A DNA stretch of 64,000 nt from an uncultured virus (IMG/VR IMGVR_UViG_3300038318_000112) (IMGVR_UViG_3300038318_000112:1-64000), one strand, 5' to 3'. Positions 29,747 through 39,596 are shown, counted from the first letter of the stretch. Numbers and translations: made by a program. Notes: a model not told the origin generated them from the letters alone.

Positions 29747-30880
29747 CTAAAATAATCTCTTTCTATAATTGAAATTTCTTGACTTATTGTTAAGTTTTTC
29801 CACTTTTTTATTCATATACATAGCATTAAAAAGAATTCTATTATCTCTATGTTCTGTCAGTTCATCCAATGTGAATCCGTATTCTTCTATTATCTTATTA
29901 AAGTTATCAATAGCTTTTTTTGGAAGATGTGAATAATGTTTAGGGTCTAATTTCCTGTTATTAGATACAGCTATATTTCCAAAATCAGTCATTATAGACC
30001 CCATAGCTCCTACCATAATCCAAGCGGTACTATCTGCGGAAGTTATTGGATACTTTTCAAGGATGGAAAAATCTGTCATCCCAAAGGTGTGTACTTTTAC
30101 ATTCGGATTACTTGATTTTCTAATAATAATATAACAATTTTCAATAAACTTATCTCTTGTCTCTCTAGTATTACCAACAACTCCTCCAAGTGCTATATAG
30201 TCCATTTTCCTTCCTTTGTCATCAGTCCACTCCAAAGCCTGTTCAAGGTATTTCATTGGTTCTCCTGCGTGGAAAGTATAAAGCATTTTTTGTGGTTCTT
30301 TCATCTTAGGATACATATATAAATAATTTTCCCAAGTCTTGCGGGCAGATTTCTCAAAATCTTTGGTAGTAAGTCCTTCCGATAAAAGCCCTGGAATAAC
30401 GTCAAGCTGTCCATATAAATCAATATCCTCTGAACGCTCATTTATCCATTCTATATATTCATTAACATCAATCTTTATTCCTTTCGTCCAAGCACTAAAT
30501 GCTCCGGAATCAACAAACAATTTTCCTGGCTTGATAAAATCCTTCATATTATCAAAAGTTCTTTTTCCTTGGTCTGCAAAGGAAAATAATGCATCACTAT
30601 TCACCGGTGGTTTGTCAGTTGTTGATGCTCCTGCAAAGTATAGTTTCATAAATTTCTTTATTGTCTCCTTTCCATACTTGTCACACCCTCCGAAAAATAT
30701 ATTCAAATTCTGTTCTCTTTGCTTCTTGTTCATATCTTTCCTTCCTTCACATATATATTTTGAAGTAAATCTGTACTGGTAGTCTCCGTGTGACAATAAT
30801 CGGTTATAGTTAGAAATATCATAAATGTCAATTGAACTATTAGGTCGAAAAGCGTAACCTCCTGCTAAATAAAGTTCCAT
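29747..30880 (-). CDS. TGT-fold base-exchange enzyme, DpdA-like
   Basis: FVDSGAFS, LDVI, IALGG, VHTFG, SADS..W; sits in que cluster; TAATG overlap with polA. Confidence 0.8.
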   Translation of the reverse strand: MELYLAGGYAFRPNSSIDIYDISNYNRLLSHGDYQYRFTSKYICEGRKDMNKKQREQNLNIFFGGCDKYGKETIKKFMKLYFAGASTTDKPPVNSDALFSFADQGKRTFDNMKDFIKPGKLFVDSGAFSAWTKGIKIDVNEYIEWINERSEDIDLYGQLDVIPGLLSEGLTTKDFEKSARKTWENYLYMYPKMKEPQKMLYTFHAGEPMKYLEQALEWTDDKGRKMDYIALGGVVGNTRETRDKFIENCYIIIRKSSNPNVKVHTFGMTDFSILEKYPITSADSTAWIMVGAMGSIMTDFGNIAVSNNRKLDPKHYSHLPKKAIDNFNKIIEEYGFTLDELTEHRDNRILFNAMYMNKKVEKLNNKSRNFNYRKRLF

Positions 30881-33129
30881 TATTCTACCTCCACACTTTC
30901 CCCATACCAATTATAAGAAACTTCACAATCACATTTGAAAGGTAATTCTATTAAATGTGATGGAGCCATTCTCATAAGATATGATAATCTTTCTTTAACT
31001 TCTTTAGCGTTTTCTTTTGGACATTCTCCAATAACTTCATCGTGTACACATATAAGCAAATGAAAATCTAATTCTTTCATTCTTTCATCATTATTGATGG
31101 AAATCATTGCTAACTTTGCCATATCTGCCGCTGATCCTTGTACTCGTGCATTTACACACTGTCTTTCCGCTTGTGCTATAAATCCTCCATTATCTTTAAC
31201 TTCAATTCCTTTTTCCCGCAGTGAATCTTTAAGTTTATTTCTTTGAGCGTATCCGTATGCCTTATCAAGTTTAGCGGTATATGATTTCTTTACTGATTCT
31301 GGTACTTCCTTCTGCTCGGAATCAAATGCAAGTGGATCAATATTATGATCTGTAAACTCATATTTTTCAAGTTGCATATCAAGTAAATGTCTCCTTCTGC
31401 TCCAAGCCGTTTCTACATATCCTTTTTCTTTAGCATCTTTTTGGCTTTGCTTAATGAAATCTGCTAACTCTGGAAAAGCTTTCAATACAGCATTATAAAT
31501 ACCTTGAGCTTCTTTTGTTGATACTCCTAATTGTTCACCTATAGACGGAATCTGTCTACCATACAAAATTCCCAAAACAATCGATTTTGCTTGAGTTCGT
31601 CTTTCTTTTCCAGCAGGATTTACTGTTCCGTCGTCTCTGAACTCTTTACACTCTTCATAAGGTTTATGAAAGGCTAATGAAGCTATTGTGGCATATATAT
31701 CTTTTCCATTTATAAATGCTTCTTTCATCTTTTTATCCTTAGATAAATGAGCTGTAACCATTGGCTCCTGTTGTGAATAATCTCCGCCTATCAGCACATA
31801 TCCATCTTGTGCTTTGAACATTTGACGGATTTCCTTATTGTGTGAAGGTATGTTCTGTAGATTTGGATTAGACGAACTAAACCTTCCCGTCTTTGCCCCA
31901 TACTGATTAAAACTCGCATGAATCCTTCCATCCTTCTTCATCACAGCTGGCAATTTATCAATATAAGTTGAAAGTAATTTATCAACTTCCCTGATACCTA
32001 ATATTGCTTCACAAAGATTTCTTAATTTCTTATCTTGACCTTTTGCAAAATCTTTAAGTATATCTTCTCCGGTTCCTCGCTTAGATTTTTTACTTGGAGA
32101 TTCGAGTCCAAGTATGTCATAAAATAATATGGCAAGTTGCGTGGGACTGGTTAAAGAAATAGGATCGGATAATTTATTATTCAGATGTCTTGCTCTATAA
32201 GAATCAATTATATCCTTATAATCAGAAATTGCCTCGTTTGCTATCTGTTCTTTTTCTTCCTTGATCTTATGATATTTTTCTTTAAGGCTCTTACAAACTT
32301 TTGCATCTAAACAAACTCCTCTATCCTCCATATCACATACTACTCTTAATACTGGCATCTCAATATTTTTAAATACGCTCATTGGTCCGGACATTGATCT
32401 TGATTCTAATATGTTTTTCTGATACTGATAAAGCTCATAAGTTTTTATTGCATCTCCTGCCGCATAAAGATACCCAACATTTATTGGTATTTGGTCAAAA
32501 GTCACTCCTCTAAAAAGTGAATCAAATTTCAATGCTTCTTTATCTTTTGAATCACAATATTTCAAATGTAAATCCTTTAAAGCATGACTTTCATTTTCAT
32601 CTATGCAATATGCCGCCAACATTGTATCCCAGTAGCAAGAAATATCAATTCCAACTGTATGCCTTAATACTCTAATATCATATTTTCCATTGTGCATGAT
32701 ATATTTTATCTGAGTATCAACTGGAAATACATCTTTAAAATCTTCCTCAGTCAATTGATTATCTGTCCTTGCTCCAGTTACGTAAGATTTATGATTAATT
32801 GGTATATAGGCCGGCTTTTTACTGGGCGTATATAAACATACTCCAACTATATCAATTTCCATTGGGTCAAGACCAGTTGTTTCAGTATCAATAGCACAAA
32901 TACCATTTGCTATAATTGACCTGCAATAATATTCTAAATCATTTTTATTTCTGATCAAAATATAGTCATCTTTATGGTTGGCAAGTTTTGATTCAGCAGT
33001 AGCAGAAATCATCTGCACTTTTGCCGCAATACTGCTACCAGTTGTTCTTGATGTTCTAGTAACCTTATTCTTAGTTTTACCAATAAGACCTTTATCATCA
33101 ACTTTGGGTCTTGCAAATGACAGTGGCAT
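30880..33129 (-). CDS. polA: Family A DNA polymerase with 3'-5' exonuclease
   Basis: DTETTG, HN.KYD, TGRFSS..PNLQNIP, DYSQQE, R...K...LG..YG, VHDE. Confidence 0.95.
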   Translation of the reverse strand: MPLSFARPKVDDKGLIGKTKNKVTRTSRTTGSSIAAKVQMISATAESKLANHKDDYILIRNKNDLEYYCRSIIANGICAIDTETTGLDPMEIDIVGVCLYTPSKKPAYIPINHKSYVTGARTDNQLTEEDFKDVFPVDTQIKYIMHNGKYDIRVLRHTVGIDISCYWDTMLAAYCIDENESHALKDLHLKYCDSKDKEALKFDSLFRGVTFDQIPINVGYLYAAGDAIKTYELYQYQKNILESRSMSGPMSVFKNIEMPVLRVVCDMEDRGVCLDAKVCKSLKEKYHKIKEEKEQIANEAISDYKDIIDSYRARHLNNKLSDPISLTSPTQLAILFYDILGLESPSKKSKRGTGEDILKDFAKGQDKKLRNLCEAILGIREVDKLLSTYIDKLPAVMKKDGRIHASFNQYGAKTGRFSSSNPNLQNIPSHNKEIRQMFKAQDGYVLIGGDYSQQEPMVTAHLSKDKKMKEAFINGKDIYATIASLAFHKPYEECKEFRDDGTVNPAGKERRTQAKSIVLGILYGRQIPSIGEQLGVSTKEAQGIYNAVLKAFPELADFIKQSQKDAKEKGYVETAWSRRRHLLDMQLEKYEFTDHNIDPLAFDSEQKEVPESVKKSYTAKLDKAYGYAQRNKLKDSLREKGIEVKDNGGFIAQAERQCVNARVQGSAADMAKLAMISINNDERMKELDFHLLICVHDEVIGECPKENAKEVKERLSYLMRMAPSHLIELPFKCDCEVSYNWYGESVEVE

Positions 33130-33777
33130 TTATCCCACTCTCCTTGATGATCTTCTTGATGGTGTTTCAGATTCTGCTGACCTTCTTCTTACTGGTTCTG
33201 AACCATCCGATTTCTCTTCATCCGGGAATGCTCCATTATCAATATAAAACTGCATATCATCAGCAGATTTTTCCATAATAAATCCCCCTAAGAATTCTGG
33301 CTTTTCTATATTTGTAAGGTCAACTGGAGTTACATCTGGCATTGGATAAATATCATAAGTTGTCTTTTTATCACCTTTTGCTCCATGTCTTTCTATCTCA
33401 AATACATGATTGATCAGATCGGGATATCTATTAAATAGTGCAGAAAGTTTCTTGCTGAATGTTTTTCCTCTTTCCCAAATCTTAATTTTATTATCATTGA
33501 GGTCATACATAGCAATCATACAAACCACACTTGTTTTCATTCCCGCAAGACAGAATGGACAATCCTCAACAGGTGAATCATAATCTTCTCTTGCACAACT
33601 CACATAACGATCAAACTCTCCAACCTTAACTTTGTGGCAGTTATAAAAATCCATTTCTGAATAATCTCTATAAAGAAACTGCACTCTTGCTACGTCACCA
33701 TCATTCTGAAGTTTTAACCATTCACTCGAATTATTACTTCCATACTTGTCAACATCATTTGGGTTAATTCTTCCCAT
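33130..33777 (-). CDS. Single-stranded DNA-binding protein (gp32-like)
   Basis: W.KL..DG...V.FL, C...CPFC, ER.G.KG...TTY; between recA and polA. Confidence 0.75.
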   Translation of the reverse strand: MGRINPNDVDKYGSNNSSEWLKLQNDGDVARVQFLYRDYSEMDFYNCHKVKVGEFDRYVSCAREDYDSPVEDCPFCLAGMKTSVVCMIAMYDLNDNKIKIWERGKTFSKKLSALFNRYPDLINHVFEIERHGAKGDKKTTYDIYPMPDVTPVDLTNIEKPEFLGGFIMEKSADDMQFYIDNGAFPDEEKSDGSEPVRRRSAESETPSRRSSRRVG

Positions 33778-33928
33778 TTATTTTTCCTCCTTGTTAAAAA
33801 ATGAACCTATTCCCCGGTTTATTTGGTTCCTCCCTCAATGAGCGCATTTAACGTGTCATGCTCCTTTTCATTCTGTTTTGCCGGCCAAGGGATAATAATT
33901 AATTTATATATACATTGTAATACATATT

Positions 33929-34990
33929 CTAACCAATTACAATAGTTTTTTCCATATTTTCTTTTACTAATTTTACTAAAATATCATAATCAGATTCTGA
34001 CTGCCTAAGATATTCGACTGCCTTTGGTTTGCCGTGAAACTTCATATCAATTTCATTTCCTTCCTGATCCTGCATTGTCTTAACAACTCCATCTTGATCT
34101 AAAAATGTAAACCACGCTCCTGCCTTGTTTATCAATTTTAAATTCACTGCAACATCAAATGTATCTGAAATATAATCTATGCCACTTTGATAATTCAATG
34201 TATAGAACCCAACTTTACGATCAGGAGGACAGACTTTGGATTTAACCAGTGAAACCATTACCTGATGCCCTGCTGGATTTTCGCATGATCTTGATAAATT
34301 ATTTCCCTTATCATCTAAAAAATTACCATGTCTAAATGATAATCTTGTAGAACAATTATGCCTCCAACCTCTTCCTCCAGTTGTAACCGTTCCGCCATAC
34401 ATTGAATTCATATCATCTCTAACCTGATTAATTCCGAGAAATATACACCCCGTCCTTGCACATATCGGAACCGCCTTTTTAGAAAATGTTGTCAGAGATT
34501 GGGATATGCCTCCATAGGTCTTTTCTCCTATACTTTTTTCATTTGCTAAATCACTAACCATTGCTCCGAGTGAATCCAGTACAACCATTGACGCATCTCC
34601 CGTATCCATCAAATCAAGAAGATATTGGAATACCTCTTCAGCACCTTGAGAATCAGGCCGATATAAAATTATACTGTCTATATTCACACCCATCTTAATC
34701 GCCCATGCTGGGTCAAAGGTTGATTCAATATCGCAGAATATAACTTTCTTATCCGGATATTTTCTTTGGCACTGCCCAACTAAATCAAGTGCAGTGGTGG
34801 TCTTGCCACTTCCATCCGATCCACTAAACTCCGCTAATCTTCCTTCCGGAATACCTCCATGCAACATATAATTTAACCGACAAGATGAAAAAGGTACTTT
34901 ATCAATATCTTTAAATTCAACACCTAATTGAATCGTGCCAACTGGCATTTTCTTTTCCATCATCTTTATAATTTTATCAAGTTCGTCCAT
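33929..34990 (-). CDS. recA: RecA/UvsX recombinase
   Basis: GGIP.GR..E..G..GSGKTT, VLDS, INQ.R, T.GG, GAWF. Confidence 0.93.
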   Translation of the reverse strand: MDELDKIIKMMEKKMPVGTIQLGVEFKDIDKVPFSSCRLNYMLHGGIPEGRLAEFSGSDGSGKTTTALDLVGQCQRKYPDKKVIFCDIESTFDPAWAIKMGVNIDSIILYRPDSQGAEEVFQYLLDLMDTGDASMVVLDSLGAMVSDLANEKSIGEKTYGGISQSLTTFSKKAVPICARTGCIFLGINQVRDDMNSMYGGTVTTGGRGWRHNCSTRLSFRHGNFLDDKGNNLSRSCENPAGHQVMVSLVKSKVCPPDRKVGFYTLNYQSGIDYISDTFDVAVNLKLINKAGAWFTFLDQDGVVKTMQDQEGNEIDMKFHGKPKAVEYLRQSESDYDILVKLVKENMEKTIVIG

Positions 34991-35501
34991 TATCATTCCT
35001 TTCTAAAAATCTTGAATTGGATAATTCCATCTCAGATATTCTATGATTCATCACCTTTTTTAAACTGTTCAGCATTTCATAACCTGATTCTACTTTAATT
35101 TTTATGGTCTTATAAGCTCTACTATAAATTGCCAAAACTTGAGATTCAACTTCGGATGCTTTGATGCCAATTGCATCTTTATCCGCAACCGTTCCCTCTG
35201 CCTTTGATCTTCCTTCACTGTAAACCTGTTGTCTGATCATCTTGCAGACATCTTCTTTGATACCTAATAATTCCTGTCTTGCTCCCACAAAATATAAAGA
35301 GTTTGCGAGTTCAAGAATATATCGTTCAAGCATCTGATCGGAAATGTTATTAGCGTAAATTGATTCCTGTATCTCGTCCATTAGTTCATCCAAGGATTGA
35401 GTATTTTCAGAAATAAGATTTTTTAAAATCTTTAATGATTTTTCGGCTGAAATATCAATTCTCTGTACTGGATCAATTTCAATTATAACTCGTCTACTCA
35501 T
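34977..35501 (-). CDS. UvsY-like recombination mediator
   Basis: Helical, GTVADK and SLKKV..R motifs; upstream of RecA. Confidence 0.5.
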   Translation of the reverse strand: MSRRVIIEIDPVQRIDISAEKSLKILKNLISENTQSLDELMDEIQESIYANNISDQMLERYILELANSLYFVGARQELLGIKEDVCKMIRQQVYSEGRSKAEGTVADKDAIGIKASEVESQVLAIYSRAYKTIKIKVESGYEMLNSLKKVMNHRISEMELSNSRFLERNDNGRT

Positions 35502-35532
35502 CTATAACTCCTTTCATATATCTGTACAGAAA

Positions 35533-35871
35533 TTAATCATAGCTGTGTCGAAATCCAATATATATATTCATCCAATCCTCCAACTGCATGGTGACCAACC
35601 AATTCTTATTATTTTTTCTATGAAATACTGCTGGCATTTCATTTTCCTTTGCATCTGACTTTGCTTGACCCACAGCATTATCTATATTGAGATGTTCTAC
35701 CCTTTTACATTCAATATGAATTTTTGGTAATCCAACTACATCTGCATCTCCATTAGCTCCACAATACTGCTGACCCCTTCGACAATCAAACCCATATTCT
35801 TTTTTTAGAATATTAGCAAGTTCACGTTCACCAGTTGCTCCCTTATTCCTGCTATTCGTCATCTTGATCAT
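35533..35871 (-). CDS. Holliday junction resolvase-like PD-(D/E)XK nuclease
   Basis: SR.KG..GERE, ADV, HIECKR. Confidence 0.8.
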   Translation of the reverse strand: MIKMTNSRNKGATGERELANILKKEYGFDCRRGQQYCGANGDADVVGLPKIHIECKRVEHLNIDNAVGQAKSDAKENEMPAVFHRKNNKNWLVTMQLEDWMNIYIGFRHSYD

Positions 35872-36019
35872 CCCCTTTATCTAAAAGTTTCAAAGCATTT
35901 TTTATATCATCAATTGCTTCATCATTAGTGAGATGATACGTATTCCATTGCTTTGTTACCTCTCTTACATATCCCAATACCGCAGTGCTTATGGATATAT
36001 CATGATTCATTGGCATCTA

Positions 36020-36811
36020 TTATCCTTCCTTTCTACAAGCAGTCTTATAAGGGCACCATCTACAATAATTTTGATTAGAAGTCTTTATAGGAGCTTTAAG
36101 TTTCTCCACGTAAGATTCACAAACCAGTAAATAGTCAATCATTTTATTTTTATCTGACTGAGTAATCTTTAAGACTTCCGGACAATCAAGCATACAGACA
36201 TCTCGATTTTCATACAGAACCAATGCTTTATCTAAATCCAATGAAGTACAATAGCAAGTCACCTGCTTTTTATGCTGATCAAGAACTGAATTAATCTTAT
36301 CATATTTAAAAGATATAACATTCTTAAATTCAAATAAATAATATTCTCCCGAACTTAATCTCTGAACTATACCATCACACCTAAATGAGGTAAGAAGTGT
36401 AGAATCAAATAGTGCGGTTTCCAATCCATGAACTCCCTTGATCTGTATACCTTTGCACTTTCCATCCTTTTGCTTCATTGCTAAATAATCAGGTACTGAG
36501 ATATATTTCCAATCATACCCCATATCTGTCATATTCATCAAAACCTGCTGGATTGATTCATGTCTTTTAGTACCCGTATCAGCCATGCCTATTGATTGAT
36601 AATCTTCTGACTGAGGATCCTGATCCATTCCAATCCGGGTAAAATACATATTACGCATACAGTTTAAAGACGAAGGTTTATACCATTTACTTCCTTTATG
36701 TCTTGGATTGGATCGTTCTACACATGACATCACATCATGAGTAAATTGCTTATTATCGGGTAATCCAGTTTCGGACTGCTCAATCATATTCAATAATTTT
36801 CTTCGACTCAT
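36020..36811 (-). CDS. Cas4-like exonuclease
   Basis: PSS..C.R, GT..H, D...EFK, Q...Y, C..C.Y...C Fe-S ligands. Confidence 0.8.
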   Translation of the reverse strand: MSRRKLLNMIEQSETGLPDNKQFTHDVMSCVERSNPRHKGSKWYKPSSLNCMRNMYFTRIGMDQDPQSEDYQSIGMADTGTKRHESIQQVLMNMTDMGYDWKYISVPDYLAMKQKDGKCKGIQIKGVHGLETALFDSTLLTSFRCDGIVQRLSSGEYYLFEFKNVISFKYDKINSVLDQHKKQVTCYCTSLDLDKALVLYENRDVCMLDCPEVLKITQSDKNKMIDYLLVCESYVEKLKAPIKTSNQNYCRWCPYKTACRKEG

Positions 36812-37002
36812 TTTTTATATCTCCTCTCGCCATAATCACTCCTACCATATTTCGTTCCTAAATAAGAATCTATTTCCGAAGTTTTGGGTTTCTGCTCCAA
36901 TCTTTCTTTTGTTCTTTCTGCTTCAAACTCCTGATAGCGTTTGCACGTCTTCACACACTCAGCTTTTCTATGGGGACAATTTTTTATACATGGATTTTTC
37001 AT
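36808..37002 (-). CDS. Small Cys-rich protein
   Basis: PC...C..R...C...C. Confidence 0.6.
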   Translation of the reverse strand: MKNPCIKNCPHRKAECVKTCKRYQEFEAERTKERLEQKPKTSEIDSYLGTKYGRSDYGERRYKK

Positions 37003-37013
37003 TTTAACTCTCC

Positions 37014-37208
37014 TTATAATTTTCTACCACACATCGGGCAATAATCTATATTTATTTTAAACTGAGTTATACACATTGAATCTATATCTTTCTCCTCAGA
37101 TGTATACTCAATAGCTAATGCTGGGTATGCACGATCAAAGTCTATATATACCAATGCTTCATCGTCTAATATTAATTTCTTATCTATCTTATTACAATAT
37201 TCACACAC
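37014..37208 (-). CDS. Small zinc-ribbon protein
   Basis: MCEYC...YCPMCGRKL. Confidence 0.7.
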   Translation of the reverse strand: MCEYCNKIDKKLILDDEALVYIDFDRAYPALAIEYTSEEKDIDSMCITQFKINIDYCPMCGRKL

Positions 37209-37328
37209 AATCTACTCCTATAAATTAATATATCCTGCCAGCTTCAAAGGTTTGATTTTGATCAAATCACAACCTTCAGTTGTACCAAATGCTTTTTTAC
37301 ATCTATTTGTTATTTAACATTAACTTGT

Positions 37329-37366
37329 TTACAATTATATTGTAACACATAACAGATAAATGTCAA
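37329..37366 (-). promoter_or_regulatory. Repeated strong promoter, copy 3
   Basis: TTGACA-16 nt-TACAAT; shares a long identical flank with the 20032-20078 region. Confidence 0.8.
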
Positions 37367-37394
37367 GAGGTTTAGACAAAGTTTTTCAAGTTTT

Positions 37395-38333
37395 TTAGAA
37401 AATTTCTTTAAGGTCTAAAAACTCGCCTCCTAAATCATTTATATCTTTTCCCTCTTCTTGATATTCAATTTCCTTCAGCAATTTATTTTTAACTTGACAT
37501 TTAAATCTTACTGTTGCTTTTCTTCCTGCTTCATCAGGATCAAGACAAATTACATATTCGCGCACTGGAAGATTCCTTAAAATCTGATACTGCCGTTTGT
37601 TTCCCAATCCTATCAAAGCCATGGCAGGTTTATCGAGTTGCCACAGAGTCAAAGCATTAAAAAAAGATTCACAGATATACGCTTTTTTATATTTTCCGGA
37701 TAAGAATTCATCCATTAGATAAATTGGTTTTGATTTATTTGGAGGCAATCTAAAAAACTTTCCTGTCACTGATCTTTTAGCCACGAACAAAACCTTTCCA
37801 TGGTCAGTTATTGGAAATGTAATACTATCTGTTTTACGATCATAACCAATATCAAATCTTTCTATTGTATTTAAAGTCAAACCTCTTTCATACATATATG
37901 GATGGATATATCTATATGAATCAAGTTCATCTTCTTTTGTTGCTTCAACTTGATCTCCTAAAATCTTATGCCTTGGATTAAATTCAATTTTATTTCGAGT
38001 TATGATTTCAGTAGAATTAAAATGTCTTATCAACCATTTCATCCCAAACTTTCCCTCATCCTGATAACCAAATATTTCAGAAATCATTTGATCAATCGTA
38101 CCACTCCATCCACAAGCAAAGCAATGACATTTTCCAGTATCAACATTTATTCCGAAGGATGGTTTAGCTTCGTGGCCATCTTTATGAAAGGGACAGTTGG
38201 TTTGAATGTTATATCCGGAATTTCTGAATACTGCAAATAAATCAATTCCATTTTTTACACTCAGCTCTGATTTTAAAGTTTCAAGAACATCAATTAATTC
38301 TGCTTGTATCAATGTTTCATTTACAGTTAGCAT
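37395..38333 (-). CDS. dnaG: DNA primase (CHC2 zinc finger plus Toprim)
   Basis: CPFH...E..PSF...CFAC; ICES..NA; D.D.AG; KD.ND. Confidence 0.9.
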   Translation of the reverse strand: MLTVNETLIQAELIDVLETLKSELSVKNGIDLFAVFRNSGYNIQTNCPFHKDGHEAKPSFGINVDTGKCHCFACGWSGTIDQMISEIFGYQDEGKFGMKWLIRHFNSTEIITRNKIEFNPRHKILGDQVEATKEDELDSYRYIHPYMYERGLTLNTIERFDIGYDRKTDSITFPITDHGKVLFVAKRSVTGKFFRLPPNKSKPIYLMDEFLSGKYKKAYICESFFNALTLWQLDKPAMALIGLGNKRQYQILRNLPVREYVICLDPDEAGRKATVRFKCQVKNKLLKEIEYQEEGKDINDLGGEFLDLKEIF

Positions 38334-39596
38334 TTAAAAATCCTCATCTTCCTCATATCTTCTTCTCAAATCTCTTGCTTGTTCTTCATCATCTATTCCG
38401 GATTCATCCGAAGGAATATAATCAAACTGTCCTGTATCAATATCCCATAAATAAGTTAATTTTGTTCCTATCCTGGTATTTCTAGATTTATTTAGTACCA
38501 ACTGCAACCCAGGTTCTTTCTGCTGAACTGATATTACTATACTTGCATTATATGCGATACCATCTGAATCTCGTATATTTTCCAATTTCAAATCATCTTC
38601 TTTTGCACCTTCCCTATTTGACTGGCAGACAACTAATATTGGTATACCTAAATCAATTGATAAATCCATTAAATCCTCACTGATATTTGTGAGCTGAGTT
38701 GTTCTGTTATCTCCCTTTTCTTTTCTTTGATCAGTGAGATAAGAAATACCATCAACCGCTAAAATATCAATTTTATTTGATTCACAAAATGATCTTAATT
38801 TGGATACCGTTATTTTTCTCTGAAAATCTTTTGGATGAGTCACATAAAAAGGTACTTCTGCATTCTGAAGATTTTGTATATATTTTTCATATCCTCTTAT
38901 TTCATCTCCTCGGATTAAGGAAGTATTTGAAATATGATTGTTGACTGTATCGAATCTATATCCAGTTTTATTTGCGGACATTTCTGGCTCAACTAAGCCA
39001 ACTCTTTTTTTCATCTTCCAAGCATGTTCAAGCATTTTGATCAATACCCAAGACTTGCCTTGTCCGGTTCTCGCAAATAGTACAACCAACTCTTCTCCTG
39101 TATGAAATCCAGTAATGACTTCATCAAGTTCCTTGAATCCAGTTTCTATAAACCTTTGCTCTCTATGCTCCTGCACATCTTTATACTCATTTAATCTTTC
39201 ATTTGCAGCTGAAATAATATCAGTGCCAGTTCTTAATTCGGGTATTGTTAGTTCGGGTAATTTTTCCCTCAAATAATCGACTGCCGCATAAGAATCAGTT
39301 TGTAGCAGTTCGGCCAGTTTTGTTATAACCGGAACCGATAAGGAGTATAAATATTCCTCTCTAAACGTACTCACTAAATACTCATTTGATTCCTGCACAT
39401 TTATTATCTCAAAATCCGGAAACTGAGATAAGAAAGATTCTGTATCAGGTATATTTCCAAAATCATCTTTATGATTTTCTATCCAATTATATTCTTCTTG
39501 ATACTGGATAAAATATTCTTTTGTGATCCCATTTAATTTAAGGATTCCATCTGATCTGTCGGCAAGAACTTTATTAATTAACTGTAGCTCAACCAT
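38334..39596 (-). CDS. dnaB: Replicative DnaB-like helicase
   Basis: TGF.ELD, ARTGQGKS, EM, VD, Q.NR, K.R. Confidence 0.9.
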   Translation of the reverse strand: MVELQLINKVLADRSDGILKLNGITKEYFIQYQEEYNWIENHKDDFGNIPDTESFLSQFPDFEIINVQESNEYLVSTFREEYLYSLSVPVITKLAELLQTDSYAAVDYLREKLPELTIPELRTGTDIISAANERLNEYKDVQEHREQRFIETGFKELDEVITGFHTGEELVVLFARTGQGKSWVLIKMLEHAWKMKKRVGLVEPEMSANKTGYRFDTVNNHISNTSLIRGDEIRGYEKYIQNLQNAEVPFYVTHPKDFQRKITVSKLRSFCESNKIDILAVDGISYLTDQRKEKGDNRTTQLTNISEDLMDLSIDLGIPILVVCQSNREGAKEDDLKLENIRDSDGIAYNASIVISVQQKEPGLQLVLNKSRNTRIGTKLTYLWDIDTGQFDYIPSDESGIDDEEQARDLRRRYEEDEDF

